This document shows, piece after piece, positions 24,235 to 36,039 of a DNA stretch of 64,000 nt. Made by a program: the position numbers and the translations under genes. The notes below the pieces were generated by a model, which saw only the letters and a program-made list of their open reading frames with translations, searched no databases and was not told the origin of the DNA. Location: the NCBI RefSeq assembly GCF_018350175.1, contig NC_058369.1, positions 5,706,001-5,770,000 of the forward strand. Direction: 5' to 3'. Numbering within the stretch: the first letter of the stretch is position 1; each line of letters opens with the position of its first letter. The stretch is from Felis catus. Taxonomy: Eukaryota.

Positions 24235-25131
24235 TTCCTCCTTTTTCCCCAGAGCCCTTGCCACCTACTCCATTTCGTCCTGCCCTCTCTCTATCCCCCC
24301 CCCCCACCCCCCATGGGGACCTCTCCCAACCTCCAGCCTCGCTTCTCCAAAGCCCGCCTCCAACCCGGCTGCGGAGCAGGGACACAATTTCCAAATGCTG
24401 CAAACAGTCAGTACCTGAACTCGTACCCGAACCTGTTCCCCAATCAGTGGCCGTTCCACTCCGCCCCCCACCCCCACCCCCTTCAAATCTCTCCAGGATC
24501 CAGGCACCTCTCACTCAGCTCCATCGCGATCTGGACCAGTCAGCTGCTTCCATGCTGGTCTCAGCTCCTGCTTGTGGCTCCTCCCATGCACCCCCCAGTC
24601 TCTCCCCACTGGAGTCTCTCTGCTCTGTTACCTCTTAGGCGTCCTCAGTGACCCACCAATGGTCACCTCCTCCGAGAAGCCTTCCCTGACCCCTCCCCAG
24701 GCTGAATCAGGCCCCTCCTCTGGGCTCCCTTCCCCCACACATCCAGGCGTCTGCTGTTTCATCAGGTGCTTATTAGCAGCTACCCACCACACTCGCCTCT
24801 GAGGTGATGACTGCTATTATTTCCATTTTACAGGTGAAGAAACTGAGGCGAGAAGGAGGTGAAGTCACTAGCCTGAGGGCACTGAACTCATACAGGCAGG
24901 ACAAGGTCAGAGGCAGCCTCCGGACAGCCGGAAAGGGGACAGCCTGCGGTGCCCAGATAAGAGAGGAGCATGCGCCCCGCCCCCCCATGCCTGCTTTCCT
25001 GTGGGCATCCCAAGGGTGATGGCCCGTTCCCGCTCCCCCCTGCCAAATACAGGAGCCCAGTGGCTCCTGGGCCGAGTGATCACTCCAAGCCAGGCGCTGG
25101 GCCAACCAAACACTTGACACGCCTGACTCAC

Positions 25132-25277
25132 TCAGTCTGCGGAAGGCAGGCCCTGGGTCTGGAGGTGGGCGCAGTTACACAGCGCTCCCATTTCTGAGAG
25201 CAGGCAGAAATGGGGGCTCCTCAGGCTGTGCACTCCCACTGGCTCTGGAGCCCTCCCCCAACCCCTCAGGCGTGAGG
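25132..25277 (-). other. CERS4: Candidate non-coding (5'UTR) exon 2 of CERS4, 146 nt, with an internal alternative acceptor at 25193
   Basis: Minus strand reads CTGAT (branch A 25299) + C16 tract + GCAG| ... ACTGA|GTGAGT (donor 25131). It lies 1.6 kb downstream of the CpG-island donor. I recall human CERS4 having two 5' non-coding exons; no transcript evidence is available here. Confidence 0.65.
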
Positions 25278-26399
25278 CTGCGGGGGGGGGGGGGGGGATC
25301 AGCCAAGTCCTTTCCTAGCCAAGGCTTCCTCTGATCAGAACAACATTCCCAGGGATAGGTTCTACTGACCCATTTTACAGATGGGCAAACAGAAGCTCAG
25401 AAAACTTTCCCTAGGGTCACAAGGCCAGTTCAGTGACCAAATCTCCCAGCTCACTCCTCCCGCCTCTCCCTTCCCCTCTCGAGAACCCGCATTGGGAGTA
25501 GGTGAGCTGGAAAGGCACGGAACGTCCTGGCTTGGCCCGCCCCGGCTCAGGTGTGCTGCGTGAGGCTCCTCGTACCCCTGCCCCAGCCATGCTGATTCAC
25601 AGCAGCTGCTCTTGGAAGGGGGCTGAGTTGAGCCTGGGGAGCTTCAGAGGCAACCCCACCCTCCAGAATGTGTTCCTCAGGCAGCCTCCCTAGAAGAGAC
25701 CCAGGTCACCCTAGTGGGGCCAGCGTGGCCCCTGCACTCGGCCGCTGGACACCTCCCCTGGGTGTGGAGTTGGTCTCCAGGAGCCTCCCCCATCGGGCGG
25801 CATTTCAGGGGGTTCGCCAGTCAGACGCGGCCACAACAGCCCCACCCCACCTGCTTCTCCCTCAGTTTCCCCATCGCGGAATGAAAGGCCCCTGCATGCC
25901 CCCAGCTGCCAGTGCCAGAAATCTCCTCCCAGCATGTTACTTCACGCCCCACTTCTAAGCAGGCAGGGAATGCAGAGGACGTCTTCTGCCAGGATGCACC
26001 CCCCCCCCCCCCCCCCCCCCCGCTTTCCACCGCTCCTTCCAGAGGGGTGCAAACCAGCAGCCTCCTCCCGGGCCTCCTCCCATCCCTCCTGCCCACAGCA
26101 CGGGATCTTCCTAAGACACAACACGACCGGGGAGCTCACTTGGCTCTAAGCCTCCCGTGCCCCCCCCCCCACCCGAGAGTGGAATTCACTCACTCCCCGC
26201 CATCTTCGAGGCTCGGGCCAAACTCTCCCCACCTCCAAGCCTCCCTCTCCGCGCTCCAGCCACGCTGGCCTCCTTTCTGCCTCGCAGACACACCGGGCTG
26301 GGCCCCGCCTCGGAATCTGGGTGCTTCCTGGGCCTCAGCAGCCCTCGCTGGCGGGTCCACTCAGCCCGGATGACACCTCCTCTGACAATCCGTCCCCCA

Positions 26400-27850
26400 C
26401 CCCTTACCCCGTCTCCCCGAGGTGTCGTCTTCCCCGCACTCAGCGCGGGCTGGAGCGATCCGAGTCTGTTTACGCCGCTGCCAGCCGTCTACGCGGCCGG
26501 GCTGCGAGGCCAGGGCCCCGGCTGCGCCCCCAGCGCGGGCACGTCGGTGGCCCCCACGCAGGCGCTCGGTGTGGGCTCGCGGGTGTCAGACCCACACGCC
26601 CGCGGCGCTGCTCGCGTTCACACATCCGGATGCCCCCCCCACCCCCACCCCCGTCGCCGCGCCGGGCTCGCCCCCACTCCCGCCCGCCTCGCAGCCGCGT
26701 CCCCGGCGCTCGCGGCGCCGCGACCCTCGGGGGAGCAGGGCTCGCTCGGGGCGGCGGCCGGGGCCTGGGACCGGATGGGAAGCGCCGAGAGGCCGCCCGG
26801 GGGCGCGGTGATGGGGACCGGGGCCGCCATGGCCGCGGAGGCGGGGCCGGGGCTCGCCGCGAGGGTGGCGTTCCGGGAGGCGTTCGGGGCGCGGGGCGCT
26901 CGCTTACCTGGGGGCGCAGGCGGCGGGGCGCAGCGGGGACGGACGCGGAGAGGAAGGAGCAGGCGCGGCCCGCACGCGGCAGCGGGACTCTGCTCCCGGG
27001 GCCCCCTCCGCCGCGGGCCCAGGAGGTAGGCAGGGGTGGGGGGGCGGGGCCTGGAGGGGCGGGGCCGGGCCGGGGCGGGCCCCTGCGGGGCGCGGGGTCC
27101 GGGCGGCGCTCGGCCCCCTCCGCGGACTGGACCGCTTCCCGGACCCCCCGCCCCGCGCCGCGGGCCCCGGCCTAGCTCCGCCCCCAGGCCCGCCCCCACC
27201 CCCACCCCCGCTCCAGGCCTGTCCGGAGGCGCGCCTGGCCGAGAGCCAGCGGCAGGTCCCCGGGCTGCGCCTTATCTCTCTCCTTTGAACCCAGCACCTT
27301 CGGCGCTCAGTCTGGCTCCTGGTTCCGTTCCGCTCGCCGCACGTCCGCGCGATCCCCTCCTGCCGGGTCCCCTCTTCTGGCCCCGCCCAGACCCGCGCAT
27401 CTGCACCCACACCGCGTGTGCCCTGATCGCGGGAGCACACGGGCCGGCCGGGCATCGATTGCTGGGGAGGCCCGGACTGTCTCCGGCCTCAGAAGCCACC
27501 TCGGGTTCCCCCACTTGTCCCAGATTGAAGACCGAGCCGCCCCAGTTCGGAGGCGAGGGGCGGAAGCGCGCGCAGAAGCCCACTAACTGCCCAGTTGGGA
27601 GGTTGGGCGTAGCGGAGGGCAGGCGGGCGGGTGGGGTGCGGGGGGTCAGGAGGCAGAGCAGGGGAGACAGGCCCGCGTGGGTGGTGGGGCAGCCCCCAGC
27701 CCTCTCTTGCCGGATGGAAGCGAAAGTGACCCGGGGTCAGCAGTGCGCGGGAGCAGGGAGCCCCGGCAAGCCTTGAACGGAAGCCGATCCTGGATGGGGC
27801 GCAGGTAGTCTGTGAGCGCCTGGGTCGTACCCCGGGGAGGGAGGGGGGCG
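26400..27850. promoter_or_regulatory. CpG island / TATA-less CERS4 promoter
   Basis: Very high GC and CpG density. GGGGCGGGGC Sp1/KLF boxes at 27041-27050 and 27056-27065, a further box at 27072-27080, C-rich boxes ~27180-27210, GCGGAAG and GCGCGCGCA motifs ~27560-27574. Confidence 0.9.
26908..27030 (-). other. CERS4: Putative non-coding exon 1 of CERS4 (5' end approximate)
   Basis: Strong donor CAG|GTAAGC at 26907 inside the CpG island, directly downstream (minus sense) of clustered GC boxes; no ATG in the exon. Confidence 0.7.
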
Positions 27851-28944
27851 GTGCTCACGGCCCAGCTGCCCCAGCCGAAGGGAAGGGGGTTCCAGAGCTG
27901 CTGGTCAACGGTCCCTCACCAAGTGGCTTCACCTTTGAACAATAAGCCTCTCCTTGAAGCACATCCAGGGCGAGGGAGGGAGAAGGCCCGGCCTCTTGGG
28001 CGTGGGGCCCTAAGCCGGTTGCTTCACGTTGCTGAGATTTGATTTCCACACATGGGAAGCAAGAGGGGCCAGAGAGCCTGTGCCTGCCAACCCGCTTCTG
28101 GTCTCTGCACTTGGTGTTTCCTCCACGAGACTATTTTTTTCTCTTTTCAGATGTGCGCGTCCTTCTCCCTCAAACTCTCCCTCCCTCCCTCCCCCTGTGC
28201 TCCCAAGAGCTCCTTTGTGCACGGGGGAGAGGAAGGGCCATAAAACCACTTTCCCAGTTGCAGGGCCCAGGAGCTGCGGTTTTATCGCCTTGCACCTGGG
28301 GGGGGGGGGGGGGCGCTCAGAACGTGACAGTCGTCTGTATTAATAGTAACTGGAGACATTGTGGAAGGGGGGAGTCCAGGCCCCAGGGGAGAAGCAGCAG
28401 ATCCCTGGAGAAGTAGAGGGGGAGGCCCCTGAAAGAGGATTTGGGTGGGCCAGGGTCAGGGACAGATTTCTTGGCTACCCTATGCCCTCCTTTCTCCTGC
28501 CCCCACCCCATGTGTGAGCAGGGAGTATTCAGGACAGGCTTCCTGGAGGGGGTGACATCTGAACCCTGAGAGGTGAATGGATGGTGGCATTAAGTGGAGT
28601 TAGAGTCCAGAGGTGAGTGAAGAGGGCAGCAGGGTGGGGCCAGCCACCAAGGCCCTCCAGGGCTCTCCCAGGAGAGGCACAATCAGACTTCAAATTGGAC
28701 TCTGCCGTGGGGGCCGCTGGGGCCTGGTGGAAGGGATACGGACAGGGCTCTGGGCGTCAGGGGAGGCCAGGATCTGGTCGGTGGGAGTTTCTAAGCCCGA
28801 GAGCCCAGTGTGGGGTGTCTGGGGAGGGGGAGCGGGAACCCTAGGGAGGCCCAAAGCTGGGACCAGAGGCAGAGAGGGGGAGCGCCTTGCTTCCCCCTCC
28901 CCTCCGGGTTTTCACACCTTTTGTGCCTGAAGGGCAGACCCAGG

Positions 28945-29190
28945 TGGAAGATGCTGTACTATCTGAAGATGAAGAAAGGGGCCATGAGCCAAGGAACGCA
29001 GATGCTTCTAGAAGCCGGAAACACCTTCTCCCCAGGAGCTTCCAGAAGGAAAATGTGGCCCTGTGGACACCTGGATTTCAGCCCAGTGAGACCCGTTTTG
29101 GACTTCTGACCTCCAGAACTGTCAGATAACTGTGTTCTTTTAAGCCACCAAGTGAGTGCTGACTTGTTACGGCAGCGATAGGAGACTCAG
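28945..29190 (+). mobile_element. MaLR MLT1 (C/D-like) LTR 3' part
   Basis: ggccatgagccaaggaacgcag...cttctagaagccggaaa...ttcagcccagtgagaccc...ggacttctgacctccagaactgt...taagccaccaag. Confidence 0.85.
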
Positions 29191-30279
29191 ACCCCCAACC
29201 TCCCACCCAGAGTCCTGCTTGTGCTCTCAGAACCACCCCCCCCCACACACACACACACATCTGGACTCAGTTTCCAAATCAGCAGTCTGAGGCCCCATCC
29301 AGGTCAGACACACAACCCCTGCAGCATGCACCCATCACCCACCCCTCCAGACCTCTGGGCCCCTCTGGGGGTCTCTGGGGCTGCTGCTCCCTTGTTCCAG
29401 CAGGGTGGGGACTGAAATCCCACAAGTCTGTCTGTCACTGCCTCTCTGTGCCCTGCAGTGCCCAACTCACGCCAGGCCTGCTGTCCCAGGCCTCTCTGTC
29501 TGGCTGTCCTCCCTGGCCTAGCCTTTGCCAAACAAGACCTCTGTCCTCAGTGGGGGGCTCCTCTCCCCAAAGGCAGGAGCCCCCAGTTCAGACAGTCCTG
29601 GGCTCATGTTTGTGCTGTGTGAACTCGGGTGTGTGACACAGCCTCTCTGAGCCCCAAGGTGTCCTCATCTGTGGAATGGAAGAGAACCAGGCCATCTGGG
29701 GGACAGATAGGTGGAGGGACCCCTGCCTCCATGCTGTTTCATCCAAGTGGCCTGAGTCAGGGCTGGGGAGGGCTGGGATGGGTCGGATGGGGTGGGTGGA
29801 GAAGCCTTTATGCTGTCTGTTCCTCCTGCCTGGAACACTTTTCCTTCTTCTTGCCAGTCCGCGTGGCCCCCTCCTGCCATCCCTTGGGCCTTTAGTCAGA
29901 GGTTCACTCTGTCACCCATCCTGCCACCCCCTGCCTGCCACCGCCCCCCCCCCCAGCTGTATCTCCCCAGCCCTCCCTCTCAGTTCCTTTTTTATCCTGT
30001 GCCTGACAGCCTCCTCCTGGAAAATGTCCACCCCTCAAGGCTGGGGGGTGGGGGGGGGTCCCATCTTGATCCCCCAGTAACCCTAACGTTGAAACAGGGC
30101 CCGGTACCCAGTGGGTGTTTCACAGATGTTCCTTAAGGGCAGAGAGGATGGGGCGAGGCAAGGTGGGAAATGAAGTTTTCCAAGAAGGGCTCTGAAGAGG
30201 GCCTACTGGGTATGTCTGTGAGTCGGCCTGCCTCCTTGTCTGCGTGTCTCCAGGTCCCTCTGGGTCTCTGTGTTTCTGC

Positions 30280-30305
30280 GTGTGTGTGTGTGTGTGTGTG
30301 TGTGT
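30280..30305. repeat. (TG)n microsatellite
   Basis: Read directly from the sequence. Confidence 0.95.
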
Positions 30306-30665
30306 CTGCCTGCAGGGGTGTCTCTGTGTTTCTGGGGTGTCTGTACGTGAGTGTCTGACTGGACGCACACAGCTTCAACTTCTCCGGCCACGGTGGGGGG
30401 TAGGGGGTGGGAGGGGGGATACTGAGCTGTTCTCCCTGGAGCGACTCTGCCTCCTTCCATCCTGCTGCTGCCTCCCCAAGGGCCCCGCCAGCTTCCCAGT
30501 GTCGGCAGGATAACCCACTTGAGTGGGTGACGCCTGCCTGCCAGCCTGAGGTTCCCAGCAGCCGGGCAGGGAACAGCATGACGAGGCTCCCGTGCTGGGA
30601 GCTTTATAGAGACGAACATACCCACCCCTGTCTGTGGAGCAAGTGCATTAAAAATTCCCATTTCA

Positions 30666-31169
30666 GGGGCGCCTGGGTGGCTCATTCGGTTAAACGTTCG
30701 ACTTCTGCTCGGGTCCTATTCTCATGGTTTGTGAGTTCGAGCCCCGCGTCGGGCTCTGTGCTGACAGCTCAGAGCCTGGAGTCCGCTTTGGATTCTATGT
30801 CTCTCTCTCTCTGCCCCCCCCCCACTTGTGCTTTCTCTCTCTCTCTCAAAAATAAAATAAACATTTAAAAAAAAATTCCCATTTCCACAGACGACGACAC
30901 AAGCCCAGAGTGGTGCAGTTAGCTGCCCGAGGCCACACAGCCAGAGAGGAAGCTTGAACTGAGCTTCTCTTGACCTCTTATTCTCTGTCAGCCCCCGCTT
31001 TCTTTCCTTTTGCTAGTTTTGGGGGGGGCACTGGGGTAGGGTCACAGAGGACCCTCACCCCTCACCTTCCCTCAGCCCTGGCAGACTCACATCCCTCACT
31101 CTTTTTATTTTATTATTATTATTTTTAACGTTTATTTTTGAAGGAGAGAGAGAGTGTGAGTGGGGGAGG

Positions 31170-31213
<44 letters not shown>

Positions 31214-33320
31214 GAATCCAAAGCAGGCCCCAGGCTCTGAGTTGTCAGCACAGAGCCCCACGCGGGGCTCAAACCCACAAGCTGCATGATCATGACCTGA
31301 GCCGAAGTCAGACGCTTAACCGACTGAGCCACCCGGGCGCCCCTATTTTATTTAAAAAAAATAATCTTGGGGGCTCCTGGGTGGCTTGGTCGGTTAAGCG
31401 TCCGACTTCGGCTCAGGTCATGATCTCACGGTCCGTGAGTTCAAGCCCCGCGTCGGGCTCTGTGCTGACAGCTCAGAGCCTGGAGCCTGTTTCAGATTCT
31501 GTGTCTCCCTCTCTCTCTGCCCCTCCCCTGTTCATGCTCTGTCTCTCTCTGTCTCAAAAATAAATAAACGTTAAAAAAAAAATAATCTCCACACCCAACT
31601 TGGGGCTTGAACCCACAACCCCGAGATCAAGAGTCACACACTCCACTGACTGAGCCCACAACATGCCCCATTTTCTTCTCTTTTTTTAAACAAACAATTG
31701 CATCTTATGTAGTCCCCTTTTTAAAAAAATGAGGTAAAATGTATATAGCATGAAATGTACCACTGTAACCATTTTTTAAAGTGTTTAAATTTGTGTTTAG
31801 TAATCTCTACACCCAACGTAGGGCTTGAACTCACAGCCCCAAGATCAAGAGTCACATACTCTTCCAACGGAGCCAGCCAGGCGCCCCCTGTTGTAGCCAT
31901 TTTTAAGTGCACAGCTCGGTGGCACTAAGATATTCACACGGTTGTGCAACCACCCCCACCATCCATCTCCAGAACTTTCTCATCTTTCCACACTTGAGAT
32001 TATGTCCCCATTAAACACTGACTCCCTAACCCCTACTCCAGTCCCTGGCACCTGCCGTCTACACTCTGTCTCTACGAATTTACCCATTTGAGGTATCTTA
32101 TATAAGTGGAATCCTACGGTATTTGTCCTTCTGAGTCTGGCTTGGTTCATTTAGCGTAACGTTTTCAAGGCTTATCCACGTTTCAGAACTTTATTCTTTT
32201 TAATGGCTGAGTAGTATTCCACGGTATGAATGGACCACATGATTTATTCATTCGTCCGTTAATGGACACTTGGGTTGTTTCCACCCGCTGGCCATTGTGA
32301 TCACGCTGCTGGGAACATGGGTGCACAAATATCTCTTTGAGTCCCTGCTTTCCAGGGATACCCAGAAGAGGGATCGCTGGCTTATACAATAATTCTACGT
32401 TTAACTTTTTGAGGAAACTGAACCTTGTTTTTTAACTTAATGTTCCTGGGAGCCCAATGCAGGGCTTGAACTCACAACCCTGATATCAAGACCTGAGCTG
32501 GGATCAAGAGTAGAACGCTTCACTGACTGAGTCACCCAGCCACCCCACTTTTTTAAAAAAAAATTTTAACATTTACTCATTTTGGAGAGAGAGAGACACA
32601 CAGAATCTGAAGCAGGCTCCAGGCTCTGAGCTGTCAGCACAGAGCCCGAGGTGGGGCTTGAATTCATGAACCGTGAGATCATGACCTGAGCCGAAGTCGG
32701 ATGCTTAACCAACTGAGCCACTCAGGTGCTCCTACTTTTTATTTTTTTAAGTAAGCTTTATGCCCAAGATGGGGCTTGAATGCATGACCCTGAGGTCAAG
32801 AGTTGCACATTCCCCTAACTGAACCAACCAGTTGCCCTGAAGTTCTTTTTTTTTTTTTTTTTAAATTTTTTTTTTCAATGAAGTTCTTTTTAATATTAAG
32901 GAAATTACTTATTCTCTGATACAAGCCGCAATATTCCCCTCGCCCTCCCAGTTTGTTGTAGTTTTAGCTTGTTTATAATCTTCCCTTCCCATGCACCTCT
33001 AAGGATTTTTAGGAAGTTGAACTCACCTTTTTCCTTTGCAGCTTTTGCGTTTAATTATTTTTTGTAGGAAGACCTTACCTATTCTCAAATTACTATATTT
33101 TTTTTAACGTTTATTTATTTTTTGAGACAGAGAGAGACAGAGCATGAACAGGGGAGGGGCAGAGAGAGAGGGAGACACAGAATCTGAAGCAGGCTCCAGG
33201 CTCTGAGCTGTCAGCACAGAGCCCGAGGCGGGGCTTGAACTCATGAACCGTGAGATCATGACCTGGGCTGAAGTCGGAGCATAACCGACCAAGCCACCCA
33301 GGCGCCTCTCAAATTACTAT
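30666..33320. mobile_element. CanSINE cluster (30666-30875 +, 31100-31342 -, 31369-31580 +, 31583-31668 -, 31790-31888 -, 32450-32837 three copies -, 33098-33306 -) and an L1MB 3'UTR (~31720-32420, -)
   Basis: SINE consensus motifs; TSDs aaaattcccatttc and tctcaaattactat (33083-33096/33307-33320); L1 motifs atggctgagtagtattcca and gatcgctgg. Confidence 0.88.
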
Positions 33321-33972
33321 TTTAAAAGGCCCCCATGTGGTTTTTTTTGTTCCCTAGTACTTTTATGATTTTCTTTCCCCATGTAAAACATTGACCCATC
33401 AGGAACTTATATTGAAGTAAAGTAGGGATCCAAGTTTTATGCTCCCGGTGGTCCCAAGGGCATTCACCGCCTCATCTGTGTTTTCGATGCGCACTTTGGG
33501 GAGCCCACTAGGGGCGTCACGTCTGCAAGGAGGGTGGTTGTAAGGTGTGGAGGGAAGCTAATGTTGTCACAATATGAGAACCACTTACTACTAAATTGGT
33601 GACTTAGGAAATCAGACTCCGTCTGAACCTTCAGGATTATTTCGGCAACAAACTGCACCCACAGAAAACGATCTTTTTGTTAATTTTTTTTTTAATCTTT
33701 AATCAATTGTTCTCTGGTGTGGGACATAGTCAACATTGCCCCTGAAGTTAATACAACAATGCAAGTCTATCACAACATGATACGGTCAGTCTTGCGACCT
33801 GGTATGATTTCACGTGGTGGAAGAGAGTGGCTGTGGACCTGGACCCAAATGCAGGTAAGTTACTGACGGAGGAGGAACCTGTGGTCCGTCTAAGGAATAA
33901 ACGAAACATGGAGAAGGTGGCCAAGCCTGCTCCAGGGAGAGTGACTCAAACCCCAAATGGTCAGACGCAGAC

Positions 33973-34412
33973 CTGTGTCTGGTTTCCTGGGGCCACCATG
34001 ACAAAGTGCCACAAACCGGGCAGCTCGCACAGCGGAGGCTTAATCCTCTCACAGTGCTGAAAGTTCAGTGTCTGAAATCAAGGTGCCCACGGGGCCGTGC
34101 TCCCTCCGATGGCTCCGGGAACCGATCTTTCCTGCCTCTTCCAGCTTCCACTGCTGTGGGCAATCCTTGGCACTGCTCGGCTTGTGGACACATCATTCCA
34201 ATTTCGGCACATGGCCATTTTCCCTCTGTGCACGTCTGTGTCTTTGTGTCCAAACTTCTCTTATGCCGTCATTGGATTAGTGGCCACTTCTACTCCGGGA
34301 TGACCTCATCTTAATTTGATTGCATCTGCAGAGATCCCATTTTGAAATAAGGTCACATTCCCAGGTACCACCACAACATATCTTTCTGGGGGACACAATT
34401 CAACCCACAATA
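33973..34412 (-). mobile_element. MaLR MLT1A/B-like LTR
   Basis: caaagtgccacaaaccggg...gaaatcaaggtg...gatgacctcatcttaatttgattgcatctgc...aaataaggtcacattc...cacaattcaacccacaa. Confidence 0.85.
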
Positions 34413-34511
34413 GCATTTTTGTTTTATTTTCTGTGTGTGTGTGTGTGTGCGTGCGTCTATTTCCCCCCAAATGATTCCAGAATCCTATTGAAATATTAAA
34501 TGTGAATTATT

Positions 34512-34730
34512 GGGGCGCCTGGGTGGCTTGGTCGGTTAAGCGTCCGACTTCGGCTCAGGTCATGATCTCACGGTCTGTGGGTTCAAGCCCCGCGTCAGGC
34601 TCTGTGCTGACAGCTCAGAGCCTGGAGCCTGTTTCAGATTCTGTGTCTCCCTCTCTCTGACCCTCCCCTGTTCATGCTCTGTCTCTCTCTGTCTCAAAAA
34701 TAAATAAACGTTAAAAAAAATTTTTTTTAA
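34512..34730 (+). mobile_element. Young CanSINE with TSD aaatgtgaattatt
   Basis: Near-consensus feline SINE with an intact TSD. Confidence 0.92.
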
Positions 34731-36039
34731 AAATGTGAATTATTGAACACAGTTTGGGGGGGGATGCCCTTCCAAAAAATCCCCAATGAACTAATTTCTT
34801 TGTCTGTTTGTTTCAAGAATTAGCCTGTAGTTTCCATTGTAGCTCACATCTTGTTTACTCTCAAGTAGAACGAATTCCTTGTCATAATTTGTACTCTGTT
34901 TTCAAAAGAAACAGTTCCTTCCAATCAACCCTTTTGTTTCTGGCTCCGGCCTTTTTGGTGCCAGTGTTAATTGGAGGGACTTTTCTCTGGGACCAGTGAG
35001 CCAAAGCTGATGAAGAGACCCCTTGGCAATTCCAGGTCAATGTGCTGGGGGTGTGAAGGGGGAGAGCACAGGATATTCAGGACGTGGGTAGGAGGTCAGG
35101 GTGATGTTCCCAAGGACAGAATGTCCCTCAGCTGAAGAGGCAGGTGGGCAGGGATGTGGGGGGCGGGGCGCAGGGAAGAGGAGGGCCCACTGAAACAAAA
35201 GCCCAGTGTGACCTGGGGGGGGGGGGGGGACGGGCAGCATGAGAGATACTGTCCCTTCAAGCCATTCAAGCCATTCAACAGCCGCAGGGCTCACCCTTCA
35301 TGCAGCTACGATTGGGTTTCTATAGGAGAGTGTCGTGCTCTGATTTGCAGTCTGAGAGGTCACAGGGCCTGCAGCGTGACAGGTGCGTGCAGGGGACAGA
35401 GATACGGGAACCTGTTTCCCAGTGGAGAGTGGGAGGCTGGTGGGACCCTGTGGAAGGAGGGAGAGGAGGTGCGAGGGAGGTCTGGTGGGTGGGTCTGGAC
35501 TGTGCCCAGCATGATGTCCCTCTCTGGCTGGGTGGCCAGGTGGGTGACTCTGGGGGGGGGGGGGACGGGCAAAGGCAACAGCAGACTTAAGGGACGGTGC
35601 TGGTGTCTGAGAGAGGGGTGCCCTAGAAGCCGTCTTGGGTCTCCGTCTGCACTGGAGATGGGGAGTCCCTGGTGTCAGCCCCAGGAGAGGCGTGGATGGC
35701 AGGAGGCCCCATGGGTGACAGTCCCTGTGGGTGAGGGCCAGAGGAGGGGGCATGGGGAGAGGCTGGACTGAACTACAGTTGGGCCACCTGGCTTGGGCCT
35801 GTCCTGCCGCCGCCCTCCGGATCCAGGCAGTGGAGGCCCGCGGAAGGATCAAGTCAGACCTTGAACTTGGCCTCTAGACCATCCTGGGGCAAAAGCAGTA
35901 TGGCACTGGCCCAAGGTCACACAGCCTGTGAGCACCGGAGCTGAGACTGGGAGCCAGCGAGCCACTGGTGTCTGTGAAAAGCTAGCCGCCCTGGGTGAAG
36001 CCTGCCCAGTACTTGTTCCGGTGAGGACAGGGGCTGGGG

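Noticed and set aside
25576..25689. Alternative candidate for CERS4 non-coding exon 2 (gtctcttctAG acceptor, GGG|GTACGA donor)
   Set aside because: The donor is weak compared with the 25277-25132 candidate. It cannot be excluded as a minor exon without RNA data.
26157..27776. Overlapping 180-290 aa ORFs on both strands
   Set aside because: Expected from stop-codon scarcity in a CpG island; low-complexity G/P/R/A sequence with no recognisable domain.
31369..31450. tRNA-like A/B boxes (GGTGGCT..GTCGGTTAAGC...GTTC(G/A)AGCCC)
   Set aside because: This is the tRNA-derived head of a CanSINE, followed by (CT)n and an A tail; there is no standalone tRNA gene.
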